Below are positions 17,278 to 27,719 of a stretch of 35,243 nt of DNA, in pieces. How positions within the stretch are numbered: the first letter of the stretch is position 1; the number at the start of each line of letters is the position of its first letter. Origin of the DNA: a virus (Duplodnaviria; Caudoviricetes). The position numbers and the translations under genes are program-made. The notes under the pieces were generated by a model. The model did not search any database, was not told the origin of the DNA, and saw only the letters and a program-made list of their open reading frames with translations. The stretch covers positions 1 to 35,243 of the IMG/VR virus record IMGVR_UViG_3300020042_006044. One strand, given 5' to 3'.

Positions 17278-20118
17278 ATGCTAAGAAAATTCTACGAAAA
17301 AGTATTGCCATCGCAAGGTGTATATTGTGTAACTGGTATCGACACCTCAGTTGAGCCATCAAAAGTTAAAAACAATTTCTGTGACAGTCTTGAAGATATG
17401 TTTGAGACAATGGAAAAGGTTAAAGCTAAGAACCAAAATACATTTGTTGCGTTAAGCACGTTTGATGGGTATAGCCGTAAAGCTGAAAACGCTATATTCT
17501 CCAAATCGTTTTTCATTGACCTTGATGTTGGTGAAACAAAAGACTATCAATCCAAAGAAGAAGCGTCACGTGCACTTGACGACTTTATTACTATTACTGA
17601 ACTACCAGAACCTGTACGTGTTGACTCTGGTCGTGGTATCCATGCTTACTGGCCTTTAGATATTGATGTGCCAATTGATGAGTGGAAACCCTACGCAGAA
17701 AAGTTTAAATCTTTATGTATGGATAACGGGTTAAAGATTGACCCAGTAGTAACCGCTGACGCGGCGCGTATATTACGTGCTCCCGAATCTTTTAACTACA
17801 AAGAAGACCCGCCGCTACCTACGTTTGTAATTAGCGAAGACATTAGCGTATTCTCATTTGAGGAATTTAAAAGTTTCTTAGGTGAGATTGAGCAGTCATT
17901 CGATGAAATCTTAGCATCATTACCAAAGGGTGATTTGACTGACGAACAGAAGTCGATGCTAAAGAAAGATAATTTTGAAACGACGTTTGAGCGTATTGCT
18001 ATAAGAAGCCTAGAGGGTGACGGGTGCGCACAAATTGCTGAAGTACTAACAAACCCTAATGGCATTAGCTACGATACATGGGTTGGTGCATTATCTATTG
18101 CAGTTAAATGCGACGATGGCGAGACAGCCATACATAAAATGTCGGAAGACTACGAAGGATACACATATGAAGCCACAGTTAAGAAAGCCTACCATAGTGG
18201 CATTGAAGGCGCTAGAAGGTGCGAAACATTCGCAAGAGAAAACCCATCAAAGTGCGAGGGATGTAAACATAGAGGAACTATCAGTTCCCCAATTCAACTT
18301 GGAAAAGCCCTTAGAATCGCGGTCGCTCCAACTGAAAAAACCGAGGGGTCTTTACGGACACCGCAGAGTACCTTTACGCTTCCAGAGGCAATCTACCCAT
18401 TTACAAAAGGGGTCTTAGGCGGAATTTATTATATTCCAGCTTCAACAGTAAATAAAAAAACAGGCGAAGTAACTCACAATGACCCAGTATTAATTTCGCA
18501 GTATGACTTGTATCCTCTCAAGCGGATTTATAGTTTAGGTGAAGGTGAGTGTTTGTATATGAGGGCACACTTGCCAAATGATGCGGTGAGAGAATTTATG
18601 ATGCCTATGAAGCACATCTATTCACTAGAGAAGTTTAAAGAGATTATGACAAGTAACGGGGTTTTATTTAATCCGTTAGGGAATGGAGTACAGTATTTAA
18701 TGAGCTATATATACAAATGGGGTGCGTATTTAATTGATACTCAGTCAGCAGAAATTATGCGTACTCAAATGGGTTGGACTGATGATGATAAGCGAGAATC
18801 GTTCGTTTGCGGTCAAAAAGAGTACGTAAAGGGCGGAAAAATAATTGATGCCCCTATATCTAGCCTATGCCGCCCAGTGTCTAAAATCTTAAAGACACGT
18901 GGTTCCTATGAACAGTGGAAGGAGTCATGTAATAAACTATCTAATGAAAGTATGGAGATTCATGCGTTCACTTTACTATGTGGTTTTGGTTCTGTGTTAA
19001 TGAATTATACTTCAACTCCTGGGGTTACCTTAGCTTTAACTGGTAAGTCGGGTTCGGCAAAGACAGGTGCATTGTACGCGGCATTAAGTGTTTGGGGTGA
19101 CCCAAAGGCTATGTCAATTGCAACTAACGAAGGCGCTACCGCAAATGCTTTAGTAGGTCGGTATACTACATTGCATAATATTCCATTCGGTGTTGATGAG
19201 ATTGGTAACATTAAACCAGAAATTTTGTCGCAACTAATACTTAAGATTTCATCAGGTAAAGCCAAAGCAAAAATGCAAGGGTCTATAAACGCTGAACGCG
19301 AGGTAGAAGAATCTGCATCATTGATTGGAATCATGACTGCTAATGGAGAATTGTACGACAAGCTTGGTACTATCAAGAAAAACCCAGAAGGTGAGGTAGC
19401 ACGTTTGATTGAACTTAAGATGCTAGGTGTACCTAAATTTCTAGAAGAAAATACTGCTGAAGGTCCAGCTATTTTTGATACATTAACTTTTAATTATGGG
19501 TTTGCTGGCCCCGACTTTATTCAGCACGCTATCGAGTATACAGAAGTAGAAATGAAAAGTTTTATCGGTGAATGGATTAGAAGGTTTAAAGGAGACTTTG
19601 GCGACTATATGCCGTATCGTTACTATGAAAATATTATGGGTGTTGCTATGACAGCGGGTGAATTGCTAGCTAAGCATGATATTTTGCATCTGCCACTAGA
19701 GCGCATATTTAGAGTTATTACAGGGCACTTTATCGGTATTAAAGATGGCACTGTTAAGATTAGTGATGTTGACTATGAAAGTATTTTAGGTGGATTCATA
19801 AATGCCAATCAAGGTTGTATGCTTGCAATTAAAGATGGCAAAGTATCAATGGAGCCTCGTAACGCTTTTCTCATTCGCGCTGATGTAGACAAATCTTTAC
19901 TCAGTATAAGCGTAGGAGAATTTAATAAATACTTATCCGATATGCAAGTCAGTTCACGAGAATTAATACATAACTTAAAGACTTTAGGCATATCTACAGT
20001 CAAAAAACGTGTGCGTATGGGCGTTGGCTGGAAAGATGCAACTGCGGAATATAACGTATTTTGTTATCAGTTTGACTCAACAAATATGGTAAAAGATATA
20101 GTACCTAAAAATGATTAA
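17278..20118 (+). CDS. Primase-helicase (AEP/PrimPol + DUF927-like + P-loop NTPase)
   Basis: FIDLD, SGRGIHAYW, D.ARILR; Cys cluster C...CEGC; Walker A GKSGSAKT; Walker B FGVDE. Confidence 0.88.
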   Translation: MLRKFYEKVLPSQGVYCVTGIDTSVEPSKVKNNFCDSLEDMFETMEKVKAKNQNTFVALSTFDGYSRKAENAIFSKSFFIDLDVGETKDYQSKEEASRALDDFITITELPEPVRVDSGRGIHAYWPLDIDVPIDEWKPYAEKFKSLCMDNGLKIDPVVTADAARILRAPESFNYKEDPPLPTFVISEDISVFSFEEFKSFLGEIEQSFDEILASLPKGDLTDEQKSMLKKDNFETTFERIAIRSLEGDGCAQIAEVLTNPNGISYDTWVGALSIAVKCDDGETAIHKMSEDYEGYTYEATVKKAYHSGIEGARRCETFARENPSKCEGCKHRGTISSPIQLGKALRIAVAPTEKTEGSLRTPQSTFTLPEAIYPFTKGVLGGIYYIPASTVNKKTGEVTHNDPVLISQYDLYPLKRIYSLGEGECLYMRAHLPNDAVREFMMPMKHIYSLEKFKEIMTSNGVLFNPLGNGVQYLMSYIYKWGAYLIDTQSAEIMRTQMGWTDDDKRESFVCGQKEYVKGGKIIDAPISSLCRPVSKILKTRGSYEQWKESCNKLSNESMEIHAFTLLCGFGSVLMNYTSTPGVTLALTGKSGSAKTGALYAALSVWGDPKAMSIATNEGATANALVGRYTTLHNIPFGVDEIGNIKPEILSQLILKISSGKAKAKMQGSINAEREVEESASLIGIMTANGELYDKLGTIKKNPEGEVARLIELKMLGVPKFLEENTAEGPAIFDTLTFNYGFAGPDFIQHAIEYTEVEMKSFIGEWIRRFKGDFGDYMPYRYYENIMGVAMTAGELLAKHDILHLPLERIFRVITGHFIGIKDGTVKISDVDYESILGGFINANQGCMLAIKDGKVSMEPRNAFLIRADVDKSLLSISVGEFNKYLSDMQVSSRELIHNLKTLGISTVKKRVRMGVGWKDATAEYNVFCYQFDSTNMVKDIVPKND

Positions 20119-20305
20119 TGAGCCTGAATGGATATTTCCCTTCAATGCACTAGATGTGGGAGAAAGTTTTTTCATACCAACTTTAAAACCAGCAAACTTA
20201 GTCTATATGATTGAAACAGGGGCTAAGCGTGCTGGAGTTAGAGTTAAAACATTTATTACCCATAAAGACGGCATGATGGGGGTTAGGACTTGGCGGGTTC
20301 GTTAG
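20111..20305 (+). CDS. Small DNA-binding-type phage protein
   Basis: FPF..LDVGESFFIP...GVRTWR pattern common in phages. Confidence 0.7.
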   Translation: MINEPEWIFPFNALDVGESFFIPTLKPANLVYMIETGAKRAGVRVKTFITHKDGMMGVRTWRVR

Positions 20306-20404
20306 CGTTCCCGTTTGTCATTAGGGTTCTGTAAATCATCATCTAAAGCTTTATAGTTATTTACTAGTTGGGCTTTTAATACGCGTTGATTATATTTATT
20401 ATTT

Positions 20405-23400
20405 TTAATGAACATCTCTATATTTTTCACTATAGTTAGAGTTTCTTAACATAGTTTGTTCTTCTCGGAATTTTTTAAGAGTTCCGTTTTTATCTTTTTC
20501 ATATTCTTCAACAAGTGCTTTAGTAAATGGGTTTTCAACATCATACGTAGCTAATTTACCTTTTGATTCCGCTAATTCTCTAGCTTGACCTTTTTTTAGA
20601 ATTTTTTGTTCTACACGATGGTATTCTTGAGAGTATGGGTCACCACGAGTACCAACAAGGCTATTGAGCACAATGGTATCAGTCTTCAAACTAAACTCTT
20701 TATCGTCACCTGATAATTTAGCCATATCAGTCATATTTTGTCCCAAGTTAGCGATACCTGCTGCATAACTATTAGCAAAGAAAAACAAAGAATCAGGGCT
20801 AATATCTACAGCCCCATTACTAACATCATATAGATTCTCTGAAACCCATTTGTATTGGGATGGAACTGCACCACTACCTGAATACGCATCGGGAAGTTTA
20901 CCATTTTGTAACCTAAGAATATTTTGACCGAGACCGTTAACGTTTGCTATATACTCAACAATTGGTTTACCTATAGATGGAAAAATCGTATCTAGAACAG
21001 CTGTAAAAAACTTAGCTGGCGTCTCGTTAAACGGAATCCGGCTTGCTGCTATAGGTAAGTTATAGTCCATACTAATTGTAGCTATGTTACTTAAAAACTG
21101 ACTTAGTGATTGGTTCCCTGACTGCAAGATAGCTACTTGTGCGCCAACAGCCGCAAGTTGACCGTACCCATAACCATAAGGAACTTGTGCCATAAAATCG
21201 CTATCTGGAATCGGTATACGGAAATTACGAATCCATCTTGAAGCATCATCCATAGAGACAATATTATTGCCTTGGTCATCATCGCCTGAACCGCCCAAGA
21301 TTGCCATATAACCTATATAACCCATACCTGCCATAGCACCCATCAAGATACGAGACCGAACTTGCCTTTCTCTATACTCTTTTTCAGCGGCTTTTTTGGC
21401 AACAGGGTCTTTTTTAATGTTCTCTGGCATTTCTTCAATTGCACGTTCTAAAGCCCCCGGCATCCCGTAACTAAATGAGTCAAACCCACGAACTGCACCT
21501 GTTGAAGAGGCGCGAGAAAACTCATATAAGGAACCCATTTCCCTACCAAGTTTGCCCGATAATTCAAAGTTAGATAAGTTTTTAGTATACGAACCAGCGG
21601 CATTAATTGCTTCTTTTTCAGTAAAGCCTTTAGACATATAGTCATCACGTAAAGCTTCAAACGCTGACACTTTAGTTACGTTTTCAAAAGCATTAAAGTA
21701 AAACTCGTACGCAGAACGAATCATATCTCTAGCAGCTTCAACATTTCCCCTATCAATAGTTTTTTGTTGCGCCCTTGCTTGATTTAAAACAGAAGCGCCT
21801 TGTAAGTTAGAAACAATATAGCCATTCACCGCCATTTGATAAAATGCTTTATTGTAATCACTTTTTTTAGCCCTTTTTGCAAGAGTTTCAAAATCACCTT
21901 TTTGGTAGTATCGCATATTAATTGCTGCACTAGCCATACCACCGCCCATAATAGTATCAAGTGTACTATAGTACATCATATTATATAAATACTTACCTGA
22001 TTTAGTAGCACCTTTGTCTACAAACATATAACCTAAGTTAGTCAAAAAGTCTTTAACCATGTTAACAGGAGCAAAACTAAAGTTATACAATGTATGCCCA
22101 GCAGCAATTGTACGGGTAACATAACTCATACCAGTATAAAATTTATCCATCCCCTCACCGTACTGTCTATATGCCGGACGTAACGAAGAAGCAATTTCTG
22201 GCTCAAGATACATTACTAAAATATCACCATTAGGTTGATATAAAAATACACTATTATTTTTTTGTAATTCAGCTTTAGTTAGGGCAGTGCCTTTGTCTGC
22301 AAACTTAATTAACTTACTTTTAGCTGCAGTTTTATAGTGACCTTGGTCTATGTTGTTACTTACAGCGCGAGCAACTTGATTATATGGAACTTGGAACGCA
22401 GCTTTTTTAGCATCAACAATAGTTTGATGAATAGGGTCTGTAGCTTGCGACGTACGACCGCCAGTTTCTGCTTGAAACGCATGGTAATCTTGGCTTGTTC
22501 TATCATCATCATTAGTATAAAAACTAGATTGCATTTCATCAGCTAATTCAGGTTTACCTTTAAATGGAATATAGTGTTTAAACCCGTAGAATGCTACACG
22601 GTTGCTAACAGGCTGCGACCAATAATTACCTTCTTTGTTAAGCGCAATAGTTTCTTTTTGAATTTTTTCTATTAAATCTGTAACAGCCATAACCTTATCT
22701 TTTAGCCTATCAGCTTCAAGTGCCTGACGAGAATTATCAACAGACTCCGCTGTAAGTCCGTTAGTTACCATATAAGCATCTTTTACTGAACCATCAGGTT
22801 GCTCTATACCGTTTTCCTCAAACAGTTGAGGTTCTTTTAATTGTCTAGCATAATCAATATTGGCTTTGTTTAAAGTACCAGCACGCTCATCACGTTTGTT
22901 AGATGCTAAATTACCTTTATTAGTAAATATAATTCCGTCTAATACCTTACGTAGTTGTTCAGCTTGCGCTTCTGTAGTTGAAGGTAAATCAAGCATGCTA
23001 ATAATAAAGTCACGGAAATCGGCAGGGGATTTAGTAACGTTGTTAATAGTAATTGTAAAATCTTTTCTTAGTGGTACGCGTTTAACAAATAACCAACGGC
23101 GACGATAAGGCTCAGCAAGACCTGTTAGATATACAGTTACTTTTTTAATAGTGCTATCTAAATCACCGTACCCTTTTTTACCCATTAATTTTTTAATAGC
23201 TGTATCTAATTTAGCTTCTAAAGGCCCAATCTTTTCATTAAATAAAGCAGTAGCATTTGCAGCGGCTCTTGTGGCTAGTTCATATGTATTATTAAAAAAT
23301 GTTTTACCAAACCTATCTGGACGTTGGTCACGAATAAGTTGATTAGTACTAAAATTAGGTGCACCAACAATACCTTCACCTGCAAGTTCTTTGTATCTAT

Positions 23401-26400
23401 CCCTCCGCATTAACGGTGCCATTTGACTTTGGAATAGGTCAATAGATTTACGCAATGTTTTAATAGGGTGACGTACTGGATAACTAATAAATTTAGCGGA
23501 TTCAACAGCCCAATTCTTTTTATTAACACCTGTACTAACATTTTCTTCTTGTTCTTCAACTGTTTGAGCTTTAAACGTTTTTTGTGGTTTTTTAGCTTTG
23601 GCTGGCAACGGTTCTACTTGAGTACCGACTTGAGGTGCAGAAAGAATAGTGTCAAAAATCCTAGCTACTTCAAGCAACGCATTGCCCTCATAGCCTTTTT
23701 TAACCCCCATCTGCACACGTTCTTTTTGTTCTACAGTAGTAGTTTTTTGCTCTTGAGTAGTGGTTTTTGGTTTGCCTTTTTGCGCCGCTTTCTCAGCAGC
23801 TTTGCGCTTAGTAATTTCTTGTTTAGTACGGGCTGCAATTAGTCTATTAAGTGCTTTAAGCTCAGCACCTGAAGTAACATCAAGTTCACCTTCTTGGACA
23901 AGTTGTGAGTAAATATTATTAAATATTTCTGTTTCTTCAGCAGTTTTAACTTGTTCTGCTAAGCGCACTAAAGCTTCTTCACGGGCATCAACGTCTTCGG
24001 TCATAAGGTCTTTAATTTCAACTACCTTGTAGACTGAGTCAGCAGACTTAGTGGTTAGACCTTCTCTACTTAGAATTGCATATACATCTGGGTCAACACC
24101 AAGTTCTTCGAGTACTGTACTGCCACGAACATTATTACTAGTGCGAACAAACAAGACGCCATATAGTTTACCCATAGCTTGAGTAAATTGGTCCCAAAGT
24201 TTGTAGGTCAATGAACCATGTTCAGTACTCTTAGCGGTATACTTAGACAGACTACGTGCCTGTATGTTAGCCAATGCATTTTGGAATGTAGAGTCAGTCA
24301 TCGCATAAGCAATAAACTCGTATTCATTTTCAAACGCATTTTTAAATTTGCCTGATAGACGTGGCTTAGCAAACTCGTAAATTTTAAGTAAGTGCTCAAC
24401 TGCTTCACGTTGTTGTTTGTTTAATGTCTGTGGGTCTGCTTTATAACGAGCAATAAGTTTAACTGTACCGGCATGCACAATTTCGTGTAGCACAGTAACT
24501 TCATCCAAGCCTTCTGGAGTAAAGTAAAACGTATCAGTCTTAGGGTCGTACTCAGCCAACTTGCCTTCTTGTTGGAGACGTAAGATTGTGTAGTCATCTG
24601 GGTCAACGACAACTTTAGAATTAAATTCAACTTTATTTAATGCAGCAGCTAAGTTCTTATATACCGCAGCTGTAGTTTTTTTATGTAGTCTAGCTAAGTA
24701 CATGCCAAGCTCACCAACACCAAACTTACCTGTGATGGTCATACGTTCTTTAAATACAGCACCTTTAGCAGTGGCAGCTAACCTTCTAAGCACTGCATTA
24801 ATATGTCCGTCTGCTAATAAATCAGTTGTCTCTTCATCTAGTGGAGTACTTGTACCAAGCCTGCGGTCTGTTTTTTCACGGTCAGCTTTAAGACGCTCTT
24901 TAATTGTTGCTGAAGACTCTTCTGTTTGAGCTTTATGTTTAGCTTCTTGAATTTCTTGGTATGATTTACCCCTAAAAGCTACGCCAGTTTTTTCAAGATG
25001 CTCGGCTACTTTTTCAAATGCATTATGTAATTGACGTGCACTTGGTTTACCTCCGCCTAAAGCATCACTAAATATGCGTTTGCCATCTTCAGATAAATCA
25101 GTCCAAGCAGGTAACTCAATGTTATGTCCAGCTGGAGATTCAGCAGCTACGCGGTTCTCTTCGTATACAGGGGCGCGTACGTCATGCACACTTTCTGGTT
25201 CTTCATCTTGTGAATCAATAGCTTGGTCTATTAGTTTCTTAGCACGTTTGTCGCCTACATTAAATTGAGTTTGTATATCTTCTAAATTAGCATCAGGGTT
25301 GTTATTTAAAAACTCAACTACTTGAGGTAACATACGGTCATTTTGAGCCTTACCTGTAAATTCACGAATTTCATCTTTAGTGTATCTACCAGACCCAATG
25401 ACATTACCTTCTCTATCATTATATAAATTACTGATACGTTCTTCTTCGTTCTGGGCCTGACGCTCAGTACGGAAATCTGCTTCGCTAGCAAACTCCCCTG
25501 CTTCTTGTTCAGCTTTGCTAGCTAGACGTTGTTTTTCAGATGAGCGAGCACTCATCATTGCAGTGCTGTGTGCCTTTAGAATACCTTTTTCATCTAAGTA
25601 ATCTTCAATGTTTAAACCAATATCTACTAGTTGTTGACGTACATACTCTACAGCGTCTTCTATTTTATAGTAACCTAGTTCAACCGCATCAAAAATTAAA
25701 CCCGCAATTTCTTTTTTAACATCAATCTCTTCTTCAGGAATGATATTACTACGTCCAGTTTTAGCAGCGGCAGCAGCCAGTTTACCTAGACGACCCTTAG
25801 CACGTTCAACAACAATTTGTTTTTTATCTTTTGGCGCAGCTTCCTCTTCTTCAACTACCTCTTCTGTTTTAAGCGTAGTATCAACAGCGGCTTCTTCCGT
25901 TGTAGGGGTTTCTTCTTGTTCTTCTTCAGTTTTAGCTGGCTCTACTTCTAACTTATTAGCTTCTTTTATTTCTGATTCTGTAAACCCAGAAGAAGGTGTA
26001 ACTGGAGGTAACCCTGCAATAGTTTCGTTAATGTCTTTTAGTAATTTTTTATTTGCATTGGTTTTATTTGTAATCATCCTTTGATTACCGCCCGCAGCAA
26101 TTTCTTCTTGGCGTTTATTGTACTGCTCTATTTTTGTTATAAGTTCTGGTGTTGCATTTTCTGGTGCTGTTAATGGAGTTGGTTGTGCATTCTTTCCTTC
26201 TTCAGTTGTTCCAACATCACTCCCAGCCCCATCCATTCCAGTTCCGACATCTCCGGTATTTTGTGTAGTAGCTCCATCGACGGGTTTTCCAGGTACTGTA
26301 GTGCTAGCTCCAGGTCCAAAAGTTTGAGGTCCTCCTGCATTAGTTGCTTCTCCTGCTTCGACTAATTTGTTTAAGTTATCTTCTGTAGACGTTACAACTT

Positions 26401-27712
26401 TTGGTTGACCAGCTGTTTTCTTGGCTTGTTTAGCATTTTGTTTATCAAGCTCAGCTTGCTGAGTAGCTAGCATCGCATCGCGTGCCGTTTCGGCTTCTTT
26501 TTGAGCTTTAGCGGTTGTAATAGCATTATTTGTTCTAGCTTGTTCAGTAAACCCTGCAAAGCCGCCCATAGGTAATGCAGCAATAAACCCTTGAGCCATA
26601 GCTTCAGCAACACCTTCATCCCAAGGTTTACCCATTGCTAAGTTACGTGCTACTTGTTCTTGACCTGATTGAGGTACTTCTTCAATAGTTGATTCTACTA
26701 AACTAGATTTAAATCCATTAACAAGTTTACTTCTAGTCTCTGCACTAATTTCTCTACTAGCACCAGCCATAGCAATTTCTTCAAGGTCTGACGCACCAAT
26801 GTTACGTGCTACTTTATTACCTATTACGCCAAACATACCAGTTAATAGACCACTGACTCCAGATATTGCAGCTTGTCTAGTGTCTACAGGTTTGCCTTGT
26901 TCTTGTGAAATACCTGCGGCAGTTAATGTACCTGACTGTAAACCTTCCCCTGCACCTACTGCATAGGCATTACTTAGGCCGGTATTACTCGCTTTTTGCA
27001 TAGGACCAGCAGCGCCAGTAAATGTTTTTGTACCCATTAAAGGCTTAGCTAATTTAGAACCAACCAACATATTAGGTAATGATTCTTCAATAATGTCAAA
27101 CGCCGCTCTTGGATTTGCTAAATGCCCGTATACAGTCTGTCCAGCACGAGTAAAAAACCCAGCATTAGGGTCTACAGCTTCATCGGCTTTTTGTTTTGAA
27201 TACTGTAACGCTTGAGATTTATACGGGTCAAGTGACTCACGCATACCTTTTAACCGATTTAACGTTTGCATTTCAGCGTCTTGTACGTTAAATTTTTCTC
27301 CTGATATTCCAGAAACACCAGCTTCTAAAGCTTTTTCACCCAAACTCATTATAGGGCTTAATAGTTTTGCATTAGTATCTAAAGCGTATGGGTTTGCGTC
27401 TTTTCCAGCACGACGAAGTTGATTCATACCTACAAACGACTCAGGTATATGTGTTGCGCCTTGAAGAAGGGCTAATGGAGCATCTTGAAGTACTGTGGTT
27501 AACGGATTGTATTTTTGTAGAAGAGTAGGTTCTTCAACACGTTCTTTAGACTCAGCCCTTTTAACTACATCTTTTTCAGACGTAGCTTCTTTAACCGCTG
27601 GTTTTTCAGACGAAGCGCTACTACGAATAGATGAGCCAATTTCATCAATTTCTGCTTCAGATAAAGTACCATCTGTTTTAACCCGTTTACCTTCAATAAT
27701 ATAGGTAGGCAT
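20405..27712 (-). CDS. Giant internal virion / polyvalent protein (zincin HExxH, FtsK-gamma-like wHTH, LPD38-like C-terminus); true end probably 20302
   Basis: 2435 aa; Gly/Ala hydrophobic N-terminal region; VLHEIVH at 24473-24487; last gene of the virion operon. Confidence 0.8.
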   Translation of the reverse strand: MPTYIIEGKRVKTDGTLSEAEIDEIGSSIRSSASSEKPAVKEATSEKDVVKRAESKERVEEPTLLQKYNPLTTVLQDAPLALLQGATHIPESFVGMNQLRRAGKDANPYALDTNAKLLSPIMSLGEKALEAGVSGISGEKFNVQDAEMQTLNRLKGMRESLDPYKSQALQYSKQKADEAVDPNAGFFTRAGQTVYGHLANPRAAFDIIEESLPNMLVGSKLAKPLMGTKTFTGAAGPMQKASNTGLSNAYAVGAGEGLQSGTLTAAGISQEQGKPVDTRQAAISGVSGLLTGMFGVIGNKVARNIGASDLEEIAMAGASREISAETRSKLVNGFKSSLVESTIEEVPQSGQEQVARNLAMGKPWDEGVAEAMAQGFIAALPMGGFAGFTEQARTNNAITTAKAQKEAETARDAMLATQQAELDKQNAKQAKKTAGQPKVVTSTEDNLNKLVEAGEATNAGGPQTFGPGASTTVPGKPVDGATTQNTGDVGTGMDGAGSDVGTTEEGKNAQPTPLTAPENATPELITKIEQYNKRQEEIAAGGNQRMITNKTNANKKLLKDINETIAGLPPVTPSSGFTESEIKEANKLEVEPAKTEEEQEETPTTEEAAVDTTLKTEEVVEEEEAAPKDKKQIVVERAKGRLGKLAAAAAKTGRSNIIPEEEIDVKKEIAGLIFDAVELGYYKIEDAVEYVRQQLVDIGLNIEDYLDEKGILKAHSTAMMSARSSEKQRLASKAEQEAGEFASEADFRTERQAQNEEERISNLYNDREGNVIGSGRYTKDEIREFTGKAQNDRMLPQVVEFLNNNPDANLEDIQTQFNVGDKRAKKLIDQAIDSQDEEPESVHDVRAPVYEENRVAAESPAGHNIELPAWTDLSEDGKRIFSDALGGGKPSARQLHNAFEKVAEHLEKTGVAFRGKSYQEIQEAKHKAQTEESSATIKERLKADREKTDRRLGTSTPLDEETTDLLADGHINAVLRRLAATAKGAVFKERMTITGKFGVGELGMYLARLHKKTTAAVYKNLAAALNKVEFNSKVVVDPDDYTILRLQQEGKLAEYDPKTDTFYFTPEGLDEVTVLHEIVHAGTVKLIARYKADPQTLNKQQREAVEHLLKIYEFAKPRLSGKFKNAFENEYEFIAYAMTDSTFQNALANIQARSLSKYTAKSTEHGSLTYKLWDQFTQAMGKLYGVLFVRTSNNVRGSTVLEELGVDPDVYAILSREGLTTKSADSVYKVVEIKDLMTEDVDAREEALVRLAEQVKTAEETEIFNNIYSQLVQEGELDVTSGAELKALNRLIAARTKQEITKRKAAEKAAQKGKPKTTTQEQKTTTVEQKERVQMGVKKGYEGNALLEVARIFDTILSAPQVGTQVEPLPAKAKKPQKTFKAQTVEEQEENVSTGVNKKNWAVESAKFISYPVRHPIKTLRKSIDLFQSQMAPLMRRDRYKELAGEGIVGAPNFSTNQLIRDQRPDRFGKTFFNNTYELATRAAANATALFNEKIGPLEAKLDTAIKKLMGKKGYGDLDSTIKKVTVYLTGLAEPYRRRWLFVKRVPLRKDFTITINNVTKSPADFRDFIISMLDLPSTTEAQAEQLRKVLDGIIFTNKGNLASNKRDERAGTLNKANIDYARQLKEPQLFEENGIEQPDGSVKDAYMVTNGLTAESVDNSRQALEADRLKDKVMAVTDLIEKIQKETIALNKEGNYWSQPVSNRVAFYGFKHYIPFKGKPELADEMQSSFYTNDDDRTSQDYHAFQAETGGRTSQATDPIHQTIVDAKKAAFQVPYNQVARAVSNNIDQGHYKTAAKSKLIKFADKGTALTKAELQKNNSVFLYQPNGDILVMYLEPEIASSLRPAYRQYGEGMDKFYTGMSYVTRTIAAGHTLYNFSFAPVNMVKDFLTNLGYMFVDKGATKSGKYLYNMMYYSTLDTIMGGGMASAAINMRYYQKGDFETLAKRAKKSDYNKAFYQMAVNGYIVSNLQGASVLNQARAQQKTIDRGNVEAARDMIRSAYEFYFNAFENVTKVSAFEALRDDYMSKGFTEKEAINAAGSYTKNLSNFELSGKLGREMGSLYEFSRASSTGAVRGFDSFSYGMPGALERAIEEMPENIKKDPVAKKAAEKEYRERQVRSRILMGAMAGMGYIGYMAILGGSGDDDQGNNIVSMDDASRWIRNFRIPIPDSDFMAQVPYGYGYGQLAAVGAQVAILQSGNQSLSQFLSNIATISMDYNLPIAASRIPFNETPAKFFTAVLDTIFPSIGKPIVEYIANVNGLGQNILRLQNGKLPDAYSGSGAVPSQYKWVSENLYDVSNGAVDISPDSLFFFANSYAAGIANLGQNMTDMAKLSGDDKEFSLKTDTIVLNSLVGTRGDPYSQEYHRVEQKILKKGQARELAESKGKLATYDVENPFTKALVEEYEKDKNGTLKKFREEQTMLRNSNYSEKYRDVH

Positions 27713-27719
27713 AATTTCC

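Noticed and set aside
1074-20003. Minus-strand ORFs in the left arm
   Set aside because: Antisense shadows of well-supported + strand genes
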